DNA of 63,127 bases, counting the filler, from Sphacelaria rigidula (lineage: Eukaryota), in assembly GCA_964200075.2 (NCBI GenBank). It is 11 parts of 11 records of this genome, joined end to end, with 100 filler letters (N's around TTAATTAATTAA, not from the genome) between each part and the next. Parts side by side here need not be neighbours in the genome. Positions count along the whole stretch, not along the records: positions 1 to 5,649 come from CAXNAA020025569.1; positions 5,750 to 11,398 come from CAXNAA020025570.1; positions 11,499 to 17,146 come from CAXNAA020025571.1; 8 more parts are not named here. One strand, 5' to 3'. Shown piece after piece: positions 1-12,560 of the stretch. Below the pieces are notes generated by a model. The model saw only the letters and a program-made list of their open reading frames with translations, was not told where the DNA came from and ran no database searches. Every line of letters starts with the position of its first letter. Positions within the stretch are counted from its first letter, which is position 1. A program made the position numbers and the translations under genes.

Positions 1-1033
1 ATACACCTGACCCGGGTGATTGCAGGACGTGGCCGGAGTTGGTACCTCCGTCGCCAACACCACAACACCGCAACCTAAACAACTGCGGTAGGTCTGAACT
101 GTGTTTTCGGGGAACACAGGAGTCTGGGCGGAAGCTGGAAGAGCATCCGACGGACAGGGGTTGTAGGCTTCCGAGCTGCAATCTGACACGCACTCACTGC
201 GTACAGAACTAGTATCCCCCTGCACAGCTTTTGCGCGTCGAGCCTTTTTGGAATTCGGGGCGTTATAGGCGTGCACGCGGTCTGTGCGTTCCGCGCGTAG
301 CACCAGTTGGTCGACTTCACAGGCATGTGAGGACCATTCCGTCCAGTCAGAAATTATGGCGGACTCATCCTCCACTGCGTTCAACCGGGCACTCGACAAC
401 ATCGGCAAGTGCAAAGCCCCCGGGGACTTTCGCGAGTGGTCCGGGAAACTTCGTCAAGCGATGAGCCTTTACGCACGGCAGATGCTCTTCATCCTGGACG
501 GAACAGCTTGTCCTACCGAGCAGGAGGGACGAGCGAATTGGCAGAAGGGACTGCCCTAAGCCCGTGCAGAAGAAGCGGCCTACGAAGTGGAAGAAGAAGA
601 GGGGCCAGAAACCTGGCGGCGGCGGTGGTTCTTCGCAAAAGTGGTGTTCGTACCACAAAACCACAAGCCACGGCGACTCCGACTGTCACAAGCAGAAGGA
701 GCTCAAGCAGAAGGAGCTTAACCAGCTGGCTGCCAACTTGGCTCTTCTTAACATAAAACCGCAGGCTGGACAATTCCCCAACATCGGGAGTGCGCTTGTC
801 GCACAAAACCCACAACCGGAACCTGCACCCGAGCCAATAAAATTTGGGTTCTCGTACTGCGCGATGGGTACTTCCGTGGCTGGGGCGCCAGCGGCGGCTA
901 CTACCACACCTTTTGCGGAATCAGCTGGGAAATCAGCAGCTCCAGCGACACCACCGGCACAGATCGGATCAGCACCTACCGAGTTGTCTCAGCGCAGAGC
1001 AGCGGCGCGCCAGCAGGCATTTTTGGTGCGTTC

Positions 1034-4000
1034 ATGGCAACTTCCACTGCCATGCCGGCTGGAATCTTCTGGTCTGGTGGGGACAAGGTCATCATGCTAG
1101 TGGACAGCGGAGCCACGGAGAATTTCGTCGACCCTCTCCGCACTCCTGGACTGCAGGACTCTATGCGCGACTTCCGCGCTCTCAAAGTCCCGTATCAAGT
1201 CGAAGGAATTGGTGGGAAAATTCTCCAGGGCGTAGCAACGGGAACGGTACACGGCACAGTTGTCGATGACGGCGGTCACAAACAGCCGTTCTCCTTTCAC
1301 GCTGTTCTTGTTCCAGGGCTAGGATCTAACCTTTTCTCTGTCTGCACCGCATGGAAGCAGGGGATAGCTACGTTGTTTCATCCTGCCAAGCCCAGGTTGG
1401 AATACAGCGAGGTGGACAACGGAGTAGTGACTCTGCCGATGAACGTGGTTGGCGCGGACGAGGAGACCGGGACGCTGCTATGCACTTTCTCTTTGGAGCT
1501 TGGCAACGGTTCTGGAGGCGGTTCCAGTGCTCTTGCACTGCGGGCTGCTTATGCGGAGCTGTGGCACCGGTGCATGGGACACATCAACCGCAGGAGCTTC
1601 GATGTTCTCCGGAAGCAACTGGGCAATGGGGTCGAGTACAACGGCGACATGGATGATTGTGGTGTCTGCGCCGTCGGTAAGAGTCAGCAGCAGCCTCATC
1701 CCAAGGAGGCGACGCATGATGCACAGTATCCTTTCCAGTCAGTAACCGCGGACCTCATGGGTCCCATCTCCCCTACTGCAATTAGTGGGTTCCGCATGGT
1801 CGCAAAGTTTGTCGATCAGGTCACAAAATGGAAGGAGACTTTTCTCCTGAAAGACAAAACACCAACAACGGAAACTCTCAAGCTCCTTAACACGGGGCTT
1901 GTTATTCCCTCCGGATATCGCTTGGAACGTGTTAAAGCGGACAAAGGTTCGGAGTTCACGAGTGCTGAGTTCCGTCAGTACTGTCGAGAGGTCGGCATCA
2001 AGCTAGAGTTTGCTTCCACTAACACGCCGCAGCAGATTGGAGACGACGAGCGGGCAGGAAGGACGCTTGTGGCGATAGTGCGCTGCTTGCTCGCGGATTC
2101 AGGTCTTCCCAACAAACTATGGGGGGAGCTGATGCTGACGGCTGCATACCTCAGCAATCGGACTCCACACGCAGCATTGAACAACGAAACGCCGTACAAA
2201 CGCCTCTACGGCAAGGACGCGAACCTCGGGCATCTTCGAACGATCGGGGCAAGGGCGTTCGTGCGCGTGGAGACACGCGGCAGGAAGCTGGACCAACGTG
2301 CCTGGGAAGGAAGGCTCGTAGGTTTCAGCATAGATAGCATGTCGTACCGGGTTTACAACTCAGCGACAGGGACTGTAAGGGAAAGCAGGAACGTGATCTT
2401 CATCGAGACTCCTTCCGCCATGCCTGAGCCTGACTTGGCGACTGGTCTTGAAGAGGGAGAATTCATGTACGACGACGTCGATGACATGGTACGGGATGTC
2501 CGGAACTATTCATCCAACATCGACCTGAGCACGTCACCTGCTGCTGACCAAGAGGTACGCGACCCTTCAGTTTGCAATTTGTTTGAACAAATTCAGGCGA
2601 TAAACAACCGCGATGCTGGTATCAACCACACCAACTCAGCGTCTTCTGAGACCGCACCAACCGACAATACATCGGGTGATCCCCCTGGGGGAGACGACCC
2701 TGGGGGAGAAAGACCTGCTCCATCTGAGGGGGGGAGCCATGCAGGTACCGGTGGTGGTTCTGAGTCAAGTTATAACTCCGGTGGTTCGGGGTCTGGTTCG
2801 ATATCGCACGACGAAGGTGGCACAGCATCTCGTGGTGGGCATGGTGATTCTAAATCGCAGCGTCCTGCTACCAGATCGGTGACACAATGGCCCAACGCCA
2901 GGACCCTTCGAGAACTGAAAAGGCTTGGACTCCACACGAAGGGGGAGAGACAAGATATCGCCCACAAGGACGAGTTCGTGTACTTCGTCCATTACGCCTA
3001 CGCAGCGCAAAACGTAGCGCAAAACGTCCAACAGAAGGTTCCGAGGACGTTCAAAGAGGCCATGGGGCTAGCCGACGCGAACCTGTGGCGCACGGCTACG
3101 CGAAAAGAAATGGACAGGCTAGAAGAACTGAAGGTCTTCACGCTGGTCCCGCGCAAGACCGTCCCTGCTGGCGACAGGATCTACAAAACCCAATGGGTTT
3201 TTAAGGTCAAAGCCGACAACAGCTACAAAGCGCGCTTGGTGGTCTCTGGCTGGGGCCAAGTCCCGGGCAAGGACTGCGGCAACACGTACGCCCCCGTTTG
3301 CCGTCTACAGAGCGTGCGAATGGTGTTGGCTATAGCCGCGGAGATGGACTGGGAGGTGGTGCAAATGGACGTCAGCACTGCTTTCTTGTACGCGCTTATC
3401 GACCAGCGGGTGCATGTAGAAGCAGCACCTGGCTTCGAGAAGATGGACAAGGATGGAGTTCCTCTCGTCATGAAACTGCACAAGAGTCTTCACGGACTCG
3501 CTCAAAGCCCCGGAAACTGGTTCAAAACCATCGACCCGGAACTCATCGCGCTCGGGTTCGTTCCGCTCAAGTCTGACACCTGTGTTTACATATACAGGAA
3601 GAACGGCGTCGTCATCATCCTGACTCTCTACGTGGATGACCTTCTCCTCGTTGGAGCTGACATCCAGGTTATCGAGAGCATCAAACGGAAGTTGATGGAC
3701 AGGTTCAAGATGACGGACATGGGAGACGTCTCGCTCGTGCTTGGGATGCAGGTACGCGTGACCGCCAGCAGAAGACGATCACGATCAGCCAGGAGAACTA
3801 CACCAGGTCCGTCCTGGAGAAGTTTGGCATGGCGAACTGCAATCCTGTGAGCACCCCCGGTTTCGGAAAGGAACTGTCAACCAACCAACCGGGAAAGACT
3901 CTTCTCGACGAGGAAGAGAAGCAGAGATACCAGGCAATAACAGGTTCCGTAATGTACCTAGCACAGATAACGCGCTACGATGTCATGCACAGCACTTGTC

Positions 4001-4584
4001 AACTCGCTCGTGCGATGTCTACGCCGTCGAAAGTACACATGGGTGCGGCCAAGCACTTGCTCAGGTATCTAGCTAGAACCGCGGATTTTTCCTTAGATTA
4101 CAAGAAATGAATATTCAAGCTAACAGCATTCTCTGATTCCAACTGGGGCAACAACCCCGACAACGGCAAGTCGACGTCGTGTTACATCATGATGTTCTGC
4201 AAGGCTCCCGTGAGCTTCAGGTCGGGTGTTCAAAGTCTTACGGCTATGTCCACGATGGAGGCAGAGCTGGTGGCTGCAGCTCTGACCATGAAGGAAGCGA
4301 TTTTCGGCTCCAACATGCTGATCGAGCTTGGTTTCGGAAAGGTCGTCGAGAAGGTGCCGCTGTACATCGACAACACGGCGACGCTACATGTGATCGGGAA
4401 ACGCGCGTACAGCTCTCGCACGAAGCACATCGCGTTGAGGTTCTTCTACATCCGTGAACTAGTTAGCGAGGGAAAGATGACGATTCACAACGTATCCACC
4501 GAGGACAACCTAGCTGAAATCGGGACGAAGCATCTGACAAAGCATCGTCTTCAGCATCTTCTTCACAAGTTCAAGACTTTCTAA
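1034..4584 (+). pseudogene. copia pol (PR-IN-RT-RH) with a frameshift near 3760 and an in-frame TGA at 4108-4110
   Basis: ORFs 1034-3850, 3829-4110 and 4189-4584 join into one canonical copia pol. Confidence 0.93.
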
Positions 4585-4884
4585 CGTCTTCGACATCATC
4601 ATCTATAGATTTAACCTCTGACGGTTTCATCAACATGAGTATGTGGTATTTTCGTGTTTACATTTGAGTAGTCATTTATAGCTCGCATCATCCCTGATCG
4701 CTGGAGCACTGCAGCTTTGAATTCAAGAGTATTCTGGTTCGTGATACATTATTTGCAGAAAACATATTAACGCAGGTATGTTAACACGTAGAAGGAAACT
4801 AGTGGAACAGAGTGAATTATTTGTTTGATTCTCATCGCGTATTTGTTTGTTTCTTGAATTCACTGCACTTTCATTGAAGGGGAG

Positions 4885-5329
4885 TGTTATGGAAATGTTG
4901 GCTCATGTCCATGTACAAGTCAATGTTCAGTTCCGTAGCACCGCTGTTGTATCATATCATAGCAGGCCTTGTCGGTCTAATATGTATCGGTTCATGTGTA
5001 ACGTATGGTATGCGGAGGAGCTACTTTGCTGTGTGTTCTGCCGTGGAGGTCACTCCTCCTGTCTGGATATTTCTCGATGCTCTGGTATATATGCTGTCCT
5101 GTTATCTCTGGATAGCTACCGTTGTCTAGACTTCACTGTACTCCGTGCATTTCATCTGTGTGTGTATTGGCCACCTAAGCGCCACATTTCATCGTCACAT
5201 CGTCTCTACAGCACGGAAGGATCTTCCTACTTCTCTTGTGTCACCCGCTGCAAGTGTCATCACGTCTCGACTAACATCGAGAGAGACAGCCACTGCCCAG
5301 TGCCTGGGGTATATCCAATATCCATAACA
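4885..5329 (+). repeat. 3' LTR (445 bp) of the copia element, preceded by PPT GAAGGGGAG (4876-4884)
   Basis: TGTTATGGA...TCCATAACA terminal inverted repeat directly after a polypurine tract downstream of the pol stop. Confidence 0.9.
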
Positions 5330-5649
5330 GAACCATCTCGCCGAAGCGAGTTACTTTCAGCGCCTTGGAGAGCCGAAACCTCCGCAAGAACAAGTTTAAT
5401 GGTAAGTTCAGAAGATCGAGCAATAATTCTTTTATTTCCCCGTTTCTGAAGAACAAGTGAAAGGTAAGACATATATTTCAGAACATCAAAATATATTTTC
5501 TTGAAGTCGTGACAATCTTTCACGCGCAATCGCCAAAGGCCGGTATACCGACGGTGTTTTCGCCAACATCCGGTATAGCTCGCACCCCCCCTCAGAAAAG
5601 CTACTAATGCAGCCGCCTGATTGGCCACATCCCGCCGCGTGCGCATTCT

Positions 5650-5749
5650 NNNNNNNNNNNNNNNNNNNNNNNNNNNNNNNNNNNNNNNNNNNNTTAATTA
5701 ATTAANNNNNNNNNNNNNNNNNNNNNNNNNNNNNNNNNNNNNNNNNNNN
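5650..5749. other. Artificial contig linker N44-TTAATTAATTAA-N44 (also 11399-11498, 17147-17246, 22895-22994, 28643-28742, 34391-34490, 40139-40238, 45887-45986, 51634-51733, 57381-57480)
   Basis: Identical 100-bp spacer with stop codons in all six frames, recurring every 5747-5749 bp. Confidence 0.99.
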
Positions 5750-5985
5750 CCCCCCCCGACTGGTGTTCCGAATGCTGTTCGCTTCGGTAATCGTCCGTAC
5801 AGTTGTCTAGCCAGGGCTCCCGCGAACAGCAGTCGTCGTTGCCGGACGATGGCTTCGGCACTTTGACATCCGGTCTTCTTGAGGGTGTCATACGACAGTA
5901 GCTGTCGGTATGTGCCGCGCACTCGGCGGTACCGCGCAGGAGGAGCCGGTAGTGCGCCTTTCTAAGCAAGTCGTAGTGTTTTCCT
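5750..5985 (-). mobile_element. Non-LTR retrotransposon (RTE-like LINE) ORF C-terminal fragment, frameshifted
   Basis: HYDLLRKAHYRLLLR...LKKTGCQSAEAIVRQRRLLFAGALAR...RLPKRTAFG resembles the post-RT region of RTE elements. Confidence 0.7.
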
Positions 5986-5995
5986 ATACTGGTGT

Positions 5996-6420
5996 CTATG
6001 ACAACTGCTACACGCCCTACAAATTTGGATATCAATAACCGAAATGTTGGGTTTCTAGATGAAAAAACAATTTGGGGGAATGTAGAACAACATGTTCGTG
6101 AAATTTAGAGTAGAGCGCTGATTGAGAGTGGCCTAGCCAATTTTTCATTCCGTGTGTGCTTTTTTTCCTTGCCCCTCTACCGATCATACGCCGCGTACAA
6201 CACCGGATTTTACAAATTGGAGATGGATTGCCCCGATAATTCAAATCTTCGTATCCACACCAAATCTTCGAAACATGGTTCCATTTCTTCACTCGCTGGT
6301 AGCTATTGACAAAACTGCTACACGCCATAAAAATTCGGATTTCGATAACCGAAATGTCGGGGTCCTAGGTGAAAAACCAATTTTGGCGGATTTGTCCGGT
6401 GTTGTAGACTGGCTTCCAGA
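5996..6420. mobile_element. Partial copies of the AACAC-MITE family (see 18439-18883)
   Basis: Shares AAATCTTCGTATCCACACCAAATCT...AGCTATTGACAA.ACTGCTACACGCC...TTTCGATAACCGAAATGT with the full copy; terminus AACACCGGATTTTACAAA at about 6199. Confidence 0.8.
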
Positions 6421-6432
6421 ATAAATGGAATG

Positions 6433-6479
<47 letters not shown>

Positions 6480-9400
6480 ACCACCCCCCCCCCTCTTCTC
6501 CTTCCTGTCTTTCTNNNNNNNNNNTTCAAAAAAACCATTTTTGTGGCAGTTTTACTTGGTGGGGGTAGGGATTTCAAGAAAAATGTAAACACCCCCCCCC
6601 CCCCCCCCTCCCTCTCTCTCACTCGCACACACACACAGAGGTGATTCTTTTTTTAGTCCGTTCGCCTGGGCTCTCACAGAGGTGCCGTCATCATTCTGAT
6701 TCCACTCCATTTCATTCACGATGGAAAGATTTTGAACATGTAGTTTACTCGAACCCTAGCACTGATCCTGACCACAACCCAGGGCATACATACTGAGAAC
6801 TCTGGGGCACGGGGGGTGAAAAGGGTGCTCTACGCCATGTGCAGTGAACGCGACTTTGGACAAAACCGTTCTCTGTGCGAGTACGCGTGCTGGGAAATAG
6901 ATAACACTTGGGACGGTCAGAAGTTCAGAACCGCTCAGGATCTGAATCTCTGTCACTACTAAGAATCAAGTTGGGTGGTAACAACCATGAATAGAAGACT
7001 ACTGATCTCGTGCGTATGGGACCATCCATTCGACCGAGAAGCACTTCAGTGGGATACGTCAATTTTCAACTGTAGATGAAGGTATGGCCCTGATGACTCA
7101 CCCCAGCGGTCGAAGGATGAACCGTTTGATCACAAAGTAGGCCATACATATGTTTATTTGAGTTCAATGTTTTCGTCTGTCAAGTCCCAATTCGTTTATC
7201 GATTTTAGTGCAGCACATTGTTGCTCCCCCTGCAGTGAAAATCCCGAACGCTTGAGCACATGAAGCGCTTCAGTATCTTTACTGCAGGAGGATCACGAGT
7301 ACAATTAGAGATTGCGATAGGTTGTGCACGGTGGACAACACACATGGACTCAAATGGACTGCTTTGCTGTCAAAAGGGTTGGCTCTTTTGACCGCTGGGT
7401 AGTTATGCGTTCATCATTTTCATTCGCGAAAATGAGTGTAGAACACAGATGATCCACACGGAGTCTTTCAGCGTGACTAAATCAGGGATCTTGATCGAGT
7501 AGCGGTCCTGCATCAGTAGTATACAGCTTTCTGCAAATGTGCTGGATACGGATGGAATACGCAGAGTGGTCGGGAAAACAATCCAATTCTTTCGTGAAGA
7601 AAATGACCGTGAGTATTGGTGTGGGTCCTAGCTTGCGCTCCGAGCGTTTCGGACAAACGACATACAGGTGGACTTCTCGAATCATTGTCTCCTTGATTAA
7701 ACGGATAGGAGGCATGGGGTCGCAGCTGTTGCCTCGCTGTTGGAGATTAGTGCATCACTTGGGAAGAAGAGACATTTCTCGAAAATTCATAATTTCGAAC
7801 AAATAAACACACTATATTAACACCCTGAACCAACGAAGGCGCACCGAGAATTCTCGGGCACTGGGGGCCAAAAATTCTCCGTGCGCAGAGTGTGCGTTGC
7901 CAGACCTCAAATCGGCGCCTGAGGCGCCGATTTCGACAAAAACGCGTTCTGCGCATGCAAGGACCGCGCTAGCAGCACAGCTTCATTGAAGATCCGGATT
8001 TCGCAGTTAGAAATAAAATCGAGTCGAACTGAAAATCAACCATAGCAGCCTTCGAAGTGGTAAAGTATAGTGATTTTCCTTTCATACTACTATACTGTTT
8101 CTGGAATTTTGAAGTCACCCGCTGGAAACAATCAGATTTGATCAAAGATTAGTCCAGTTGCATAATCAACTTGTGAAGACCGTAGCTTTCGTTCACATCG
8201 TGTTCATAAAGGCGTTTCGGGTGGTTCTCAACCTTGAATATTTATGTCGGCAGCGGAAACCTTGCCACTGCGCACCTCTGTGAATGACGTGTAGCCCAGA
8301 GACCAGAGGGCGCTATGTTCGTCCCCTCATCCCCACCACTCCGTGCGAGTATAATACATATTTTTATATTATCGGGAATTTTTATTTATTATTACAGTAT
8401 TTGGTCGTTATACGCGTGGTCTTGATCTACACCACCTCGGAGAATTTTAGGATCAGGGTCATATCGGTTCAGCCTCTATGAAGATCCGCATATGAAAAAA
8501 CACGCCCGAGGTCATAGTTGAGTTCATTTCTTCCAGTTCTTGTGGATGCTCTGTGGTGCAACCTGGTCATCACCTGTTCGTACGCTGTCAACATAACCAC
8601 ATCACGTAGCACAGCAACCGACGAACAGCCACGGACTGGAGCTATCACACGAAAGAGGCCCGATCGGTCACTTGCACGGAGAAAACAGGTGAGGAGCGGT
8701 AGCAGCTAGCTGGCAACCGTCCATGGTACTGTGTAAGTGCGCAGCAGTCGATGGGATTCTCCAAAAACGATGGTGGTCTGCAACACATGCACGTGCAGCC
8801 CACAAAAGAACGTAAATAAGTAGTGTATCGCCTCAGCCATCACGAAGTCCCCCATTTTCGCGCGAAACGCTGCCACCTCGTGACCTAACCGCATAACCCT
8901 ACCTATTGGGTAGTGGTCTGAATCGACACCACAACAGTGGGCTAAATATAGCCTTGCTGACCTGTCCTCACGTCAAACCAGTGTAGGTCATGACACGAGC
9001 GATTATTTATCGACCCGTTTTCTAGTAAGTCTGAACAACGCATCAGGGCTGCGGGCTGTCGTATTTAGCCGTAGGCATGTGCACAAATACGGGTTCGGGC
9101 CGCCTATTGCAGACGGTGCTGTGCGCGCGACTCGGGCCTGTGCATCGCAGACTGTGCAGGGTGAGGTAATGTGTAGCACATTAGCGATATTTGCGCCATC
9201 CCATAAAGTGACCCAATCTCATGCTATGAAGAACGTAGCTGAACTGCGCAGCGGTCAGGTGGCTACACCATCTCATTGCACCTGTTTCCTAGTCAACAGT
9301 CGGCAGTGGTCGGTTGTTGTAAAAATCCTCCTCTCCATTATATACTTCACACAAGTGAAGCACCTACAGCTTCTTCGATCTTCTCATCTCCTACACAACT

Positions 9401-11295
9401 CCACTGTCCATCACTATGATCACGCTGGTGCAGTACAGACAGGGCAAAGCACTATTTGCAGTAGAGCAGTCCCACAGATATCTGGCTGCGGAGTTGTATG
9501 AGGGTAGGTTGGTTCTCCAGTTCTTCTCAATGTAACTACTCGAGCTAAGACGGTAGTTGACTCTCCTCAGGTAGTGGTTGACGTGATGAGTTTTTTTGTT
9601 TACAACGGTTCTGGGTAACTGGACGAATTTCCTTTTGCATACACGGCTCAGCCCGGACCGCAGTTATTCATATGTTGAAGAGCAACTCGTTGGGCAGGTT
9701 TCTCGTCGGAGAGATGTGTACAGGCGATCTTCTATCGTAATGTTTCCGTCCTAACCCGGACAATTGCTCAACATTCATTTCCTTACACACATGTATGCAG
9801 CACAGTACTGACTGTACTGGAGCCAGACATTGAAGGTGTAGTGATTGGATTGACCGTTTTTCGAATCAACAACAGAGGTTGTCCGTGCCGACCAATTGGT
9901 ATCTCCGCTGTTTGAAGGACAATCAGCTCGAGTCTTCTACTGCTGTAATGTTTTGACTGCTGAACTACTGCATGCACGTTCCATCGGGCGGGGTGGCGGC
10001 GGGGACAGGCCTGGGAGGTTTTGTTCGTTCGTTTTTCGTACAATCCAGGCTGATTCTCAACGTACTCTATTTATTGGCCACACAAACGTGAAACCACTGC
10101 TGAACGGACGACACATGTAACCTGTACTTCGCATTCACAGCACATGTCAACATGACTGATAACATGCGCTTCTGTTTATTTTTCGCGAAATGCCCGATAA
10201 TATCGCAGCGCTCAGCTCCGCCACCACTGGGCTATCGTGAATGTTTTCGAATCGGCCACTGTGTATGTAGTGGTGGACTACTCGCTCAAACGTAAAGGCG
10301 TGTATCAACCATCTGCGAATCGATGCTGGAAAGTTTACATGACCAAATTCTTGGCAAATTGATCGTTTGTTGGTGGTATACACGCTCCATCTCACGCAAC
10401 AACAAAACAAAAACTTGACCTTTTGGCCGGAACCTGGCCAACAGGAGATCGGTGTATATTCAGTCTACTGTGTAGGAGCACAGGTATACAAAGTCAATGA
10501 AGTGTGTACATTGACGAAAGTGGACGCAATATTGGCACTGTCTTGCATTGACAAACGTGGAGATACCTTACGACAGTGACCGCGTCGCTGTCGAAGTTGG
10601 TCATGTGTTACGATGGGCATCAGTATATTTCCACTTGAAAAATGCATGCAGGGTCCAGATTACCCACCCACCTGTCGAAGGGTCGACTGCTGTTGACAGC
10701 CATCGTGCGTCATGGGGGGCTCGATACATTTTCCAAGTCTAAGTAACGCCGGTTCAACATAATATGTCATGACCCCTCCTCATGACTGTCGAAGGGTCAA
10801 GAGACAGCCTTTTCCTGTAGGGGTACCGGTCACAAGACGGGTGGTGACGTGAAGTACAGTATTGAGATTTTTGACGGGTCACCTCGAGTCCGTGGAGGTG
10901 CGTGCGTTTTCGATATTTTTAGACGGCGAGAGGTCATCTGTTGAATTGGCATCATTTTCACTAGAAAAGAGTGTCCATGATCCAGATGGATTACCGTCGC
11001 CGTCTGAGGTTTCACGACTATTCCGTGATTCTGCGAACATTCTGAGACATTCACTGCGGGAAATTTCGCCCAGTAGAGGTACAAGTACTGTTGTATCTCA
11101 AACTCGGCTTTCCCGGGATACTTGCCAGTAATTTTACACTACGAATAGTCGAACATACCGGGTACCCCGAGCTTGAGATACCCCAAGTACGGCACCGATG
11201 ATACTATGTCCTGGATTCCATTCACAAAAAAAAAAACTCTGAATTGAGTCGCATTCAATCCCTTCACTGCTAAACCGCTAGGACGCCAGTCTGAA

Positions 11296-11398
11296 CCGGT
11301 CGCCCCGGTGACTCAGTTGGTAACCTCGTAATGTTCTGATGGTTGAGTAGGGTGGTTTGATTCCCGGAGCGATCTGGAATCTTTTCTCACACCATGTC
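11296..11398 (+). mobile_element. tRNA-derived SINE-like head, truncated by the contig end
   Basis: A-box-like TGACTCAGTTGG and B-box-like GGTTTGATTCC; related copy at 17034; no full cloverleaf. Confidence 0.5.
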
Positions 11399-11886
11399 NN
11401 NNNNNNNNNNNNNNNNNNNNNNNNNNNNNNNNNNNNNNNNNNTTAATTAATTAANNNNNNNNNNNNNNNNNNNNNNNNNNNNNNNNNNNNNNNNNNNNGA
11501 TAGCTGTCCGAAAACGCGTCGTTTGGTATTGGCATCCTCTTCGTCATAGGGTAATCGAGCTTTGAAATTCGGTCCAGGGGGTTTGCGATGACTCGCACAA
11601 TTACGGTATATGTACTTCATTCTGCCGAGAAGGTGTTGAGTGTTACTTGCAGCCACCCTTTTTCATACGCTACACGTCACGATGATCAGATGTGACTGGC
11701 TCTGGCTCCAGTGCAAAGAAATATCGATTTGGGGGGAAATTTGCACGTCAGATGGCTCTGGCTTTCAGCGAAGATGGCAGCTCGCCGGCGGAGAGTTGGT
11801 AGGTGGTGGAGAATGAGGCCGAAACGAGAACGTAGGCAAAGAGTCCATCCAGGACGACGCATGCATACTGTCACGCAATATCCAAG

Positions 11887-12560
11887 ACTTTCAGGACGAA
11901 GAATGAGCTTAAATACGATGAGGTTTCAGTCGGGTGTACTTCGACCCCGTGTTTCTGGTTGACCTCCAGGGTGCGTCATGCGAGGTGCGAATACTTATAT
12001 TATTATTTCTGCTACTGAAAATTATGCCGCTCTATCCCACCCTCGTGATACAAGGCCGAACACTTCGATCGGACTTCTGGGTGTTCGACTCGTCTCTCAA
12101 GTAATAGGTGAGGAATGGTGCGGACTCAACAGATGACCCAGCCTGGCGATAAAAGGGAAGGTGTGAATGCTTCATCAACGGATATTTTGCCCAGGACACG
12201 GTGTGCGCACTTTCAGGACGAAAGGCGAGGTCAAGTACGATGAGGTTTCAGTTGGGTGTACTTCCACTCAGCGTCTTTTTACTTGGCTTCCGTTTTAAAT
12301 TATCGTTCATTTTGACTGCAAGGGTGCGTCATGCGAGATGCGGGTGAGTGCACTATTTCGGTGAGTGGAACATATGCCGCTTCATCCCACCCTCGTGATG
12401 CAAGGCCCAACACTTGGACATAAATTCCGGGTGTTCGAGTCGTCTTTCAAGTGAAAAAATGATGCGGACTCGACAAATAAATGACCCAACCTGATGATCG
12501 ATCAAAGTGACGGAGTGAATGCTTCGCCAACGGATATTCTGCCTAGGACATGGTGGACAC
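11887..12560. repeat. Diverged direct tandem duplication, two units of about 320-350 bp
   Basis: ACTTTCAGGACGAA...TACGATGAGGTTTCAGT...TCCCACCCTCGTGAT...CAACGGATATT recurs at 11887 and 12209. Confidence 0.85.

Larger units (their letters stand above)
356..5329 (+). mobile_element. Ty1/copia LTR retrotransposon, degraded; 5' LTR lies outside the contig
   Basis: Gag start MADSSST at 356. Protease LVDSGAT, integrase (WHRCMGH..CGVC, ADLMGP, KADKGSEF), RT (QMDVSTAFL, LYVDDLL) and RNase H (FSDSNWG, STMEAE, RTKHI) occur in copia order, followed by a PPT and an LTR. Confidence 0.97.

Noticed and set aside
4108..4110. Programmed stop readthrough or frameshifting in copia pol
   Set aside because: A single TGA plus a separate frameshift inside RT are better explained by decay.
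4847..5449. 200-aa ORF after copia pol (env-like?)
   Set aside because: Lies almost entirely within the LTR, starts at a non-ATG codon and has no recognisable motif.
9480..10270. Possible LRR-like exons continuing the secreted-protein gene
   Set aside because: Different contig, in-frame stops and no consistent splice phases.
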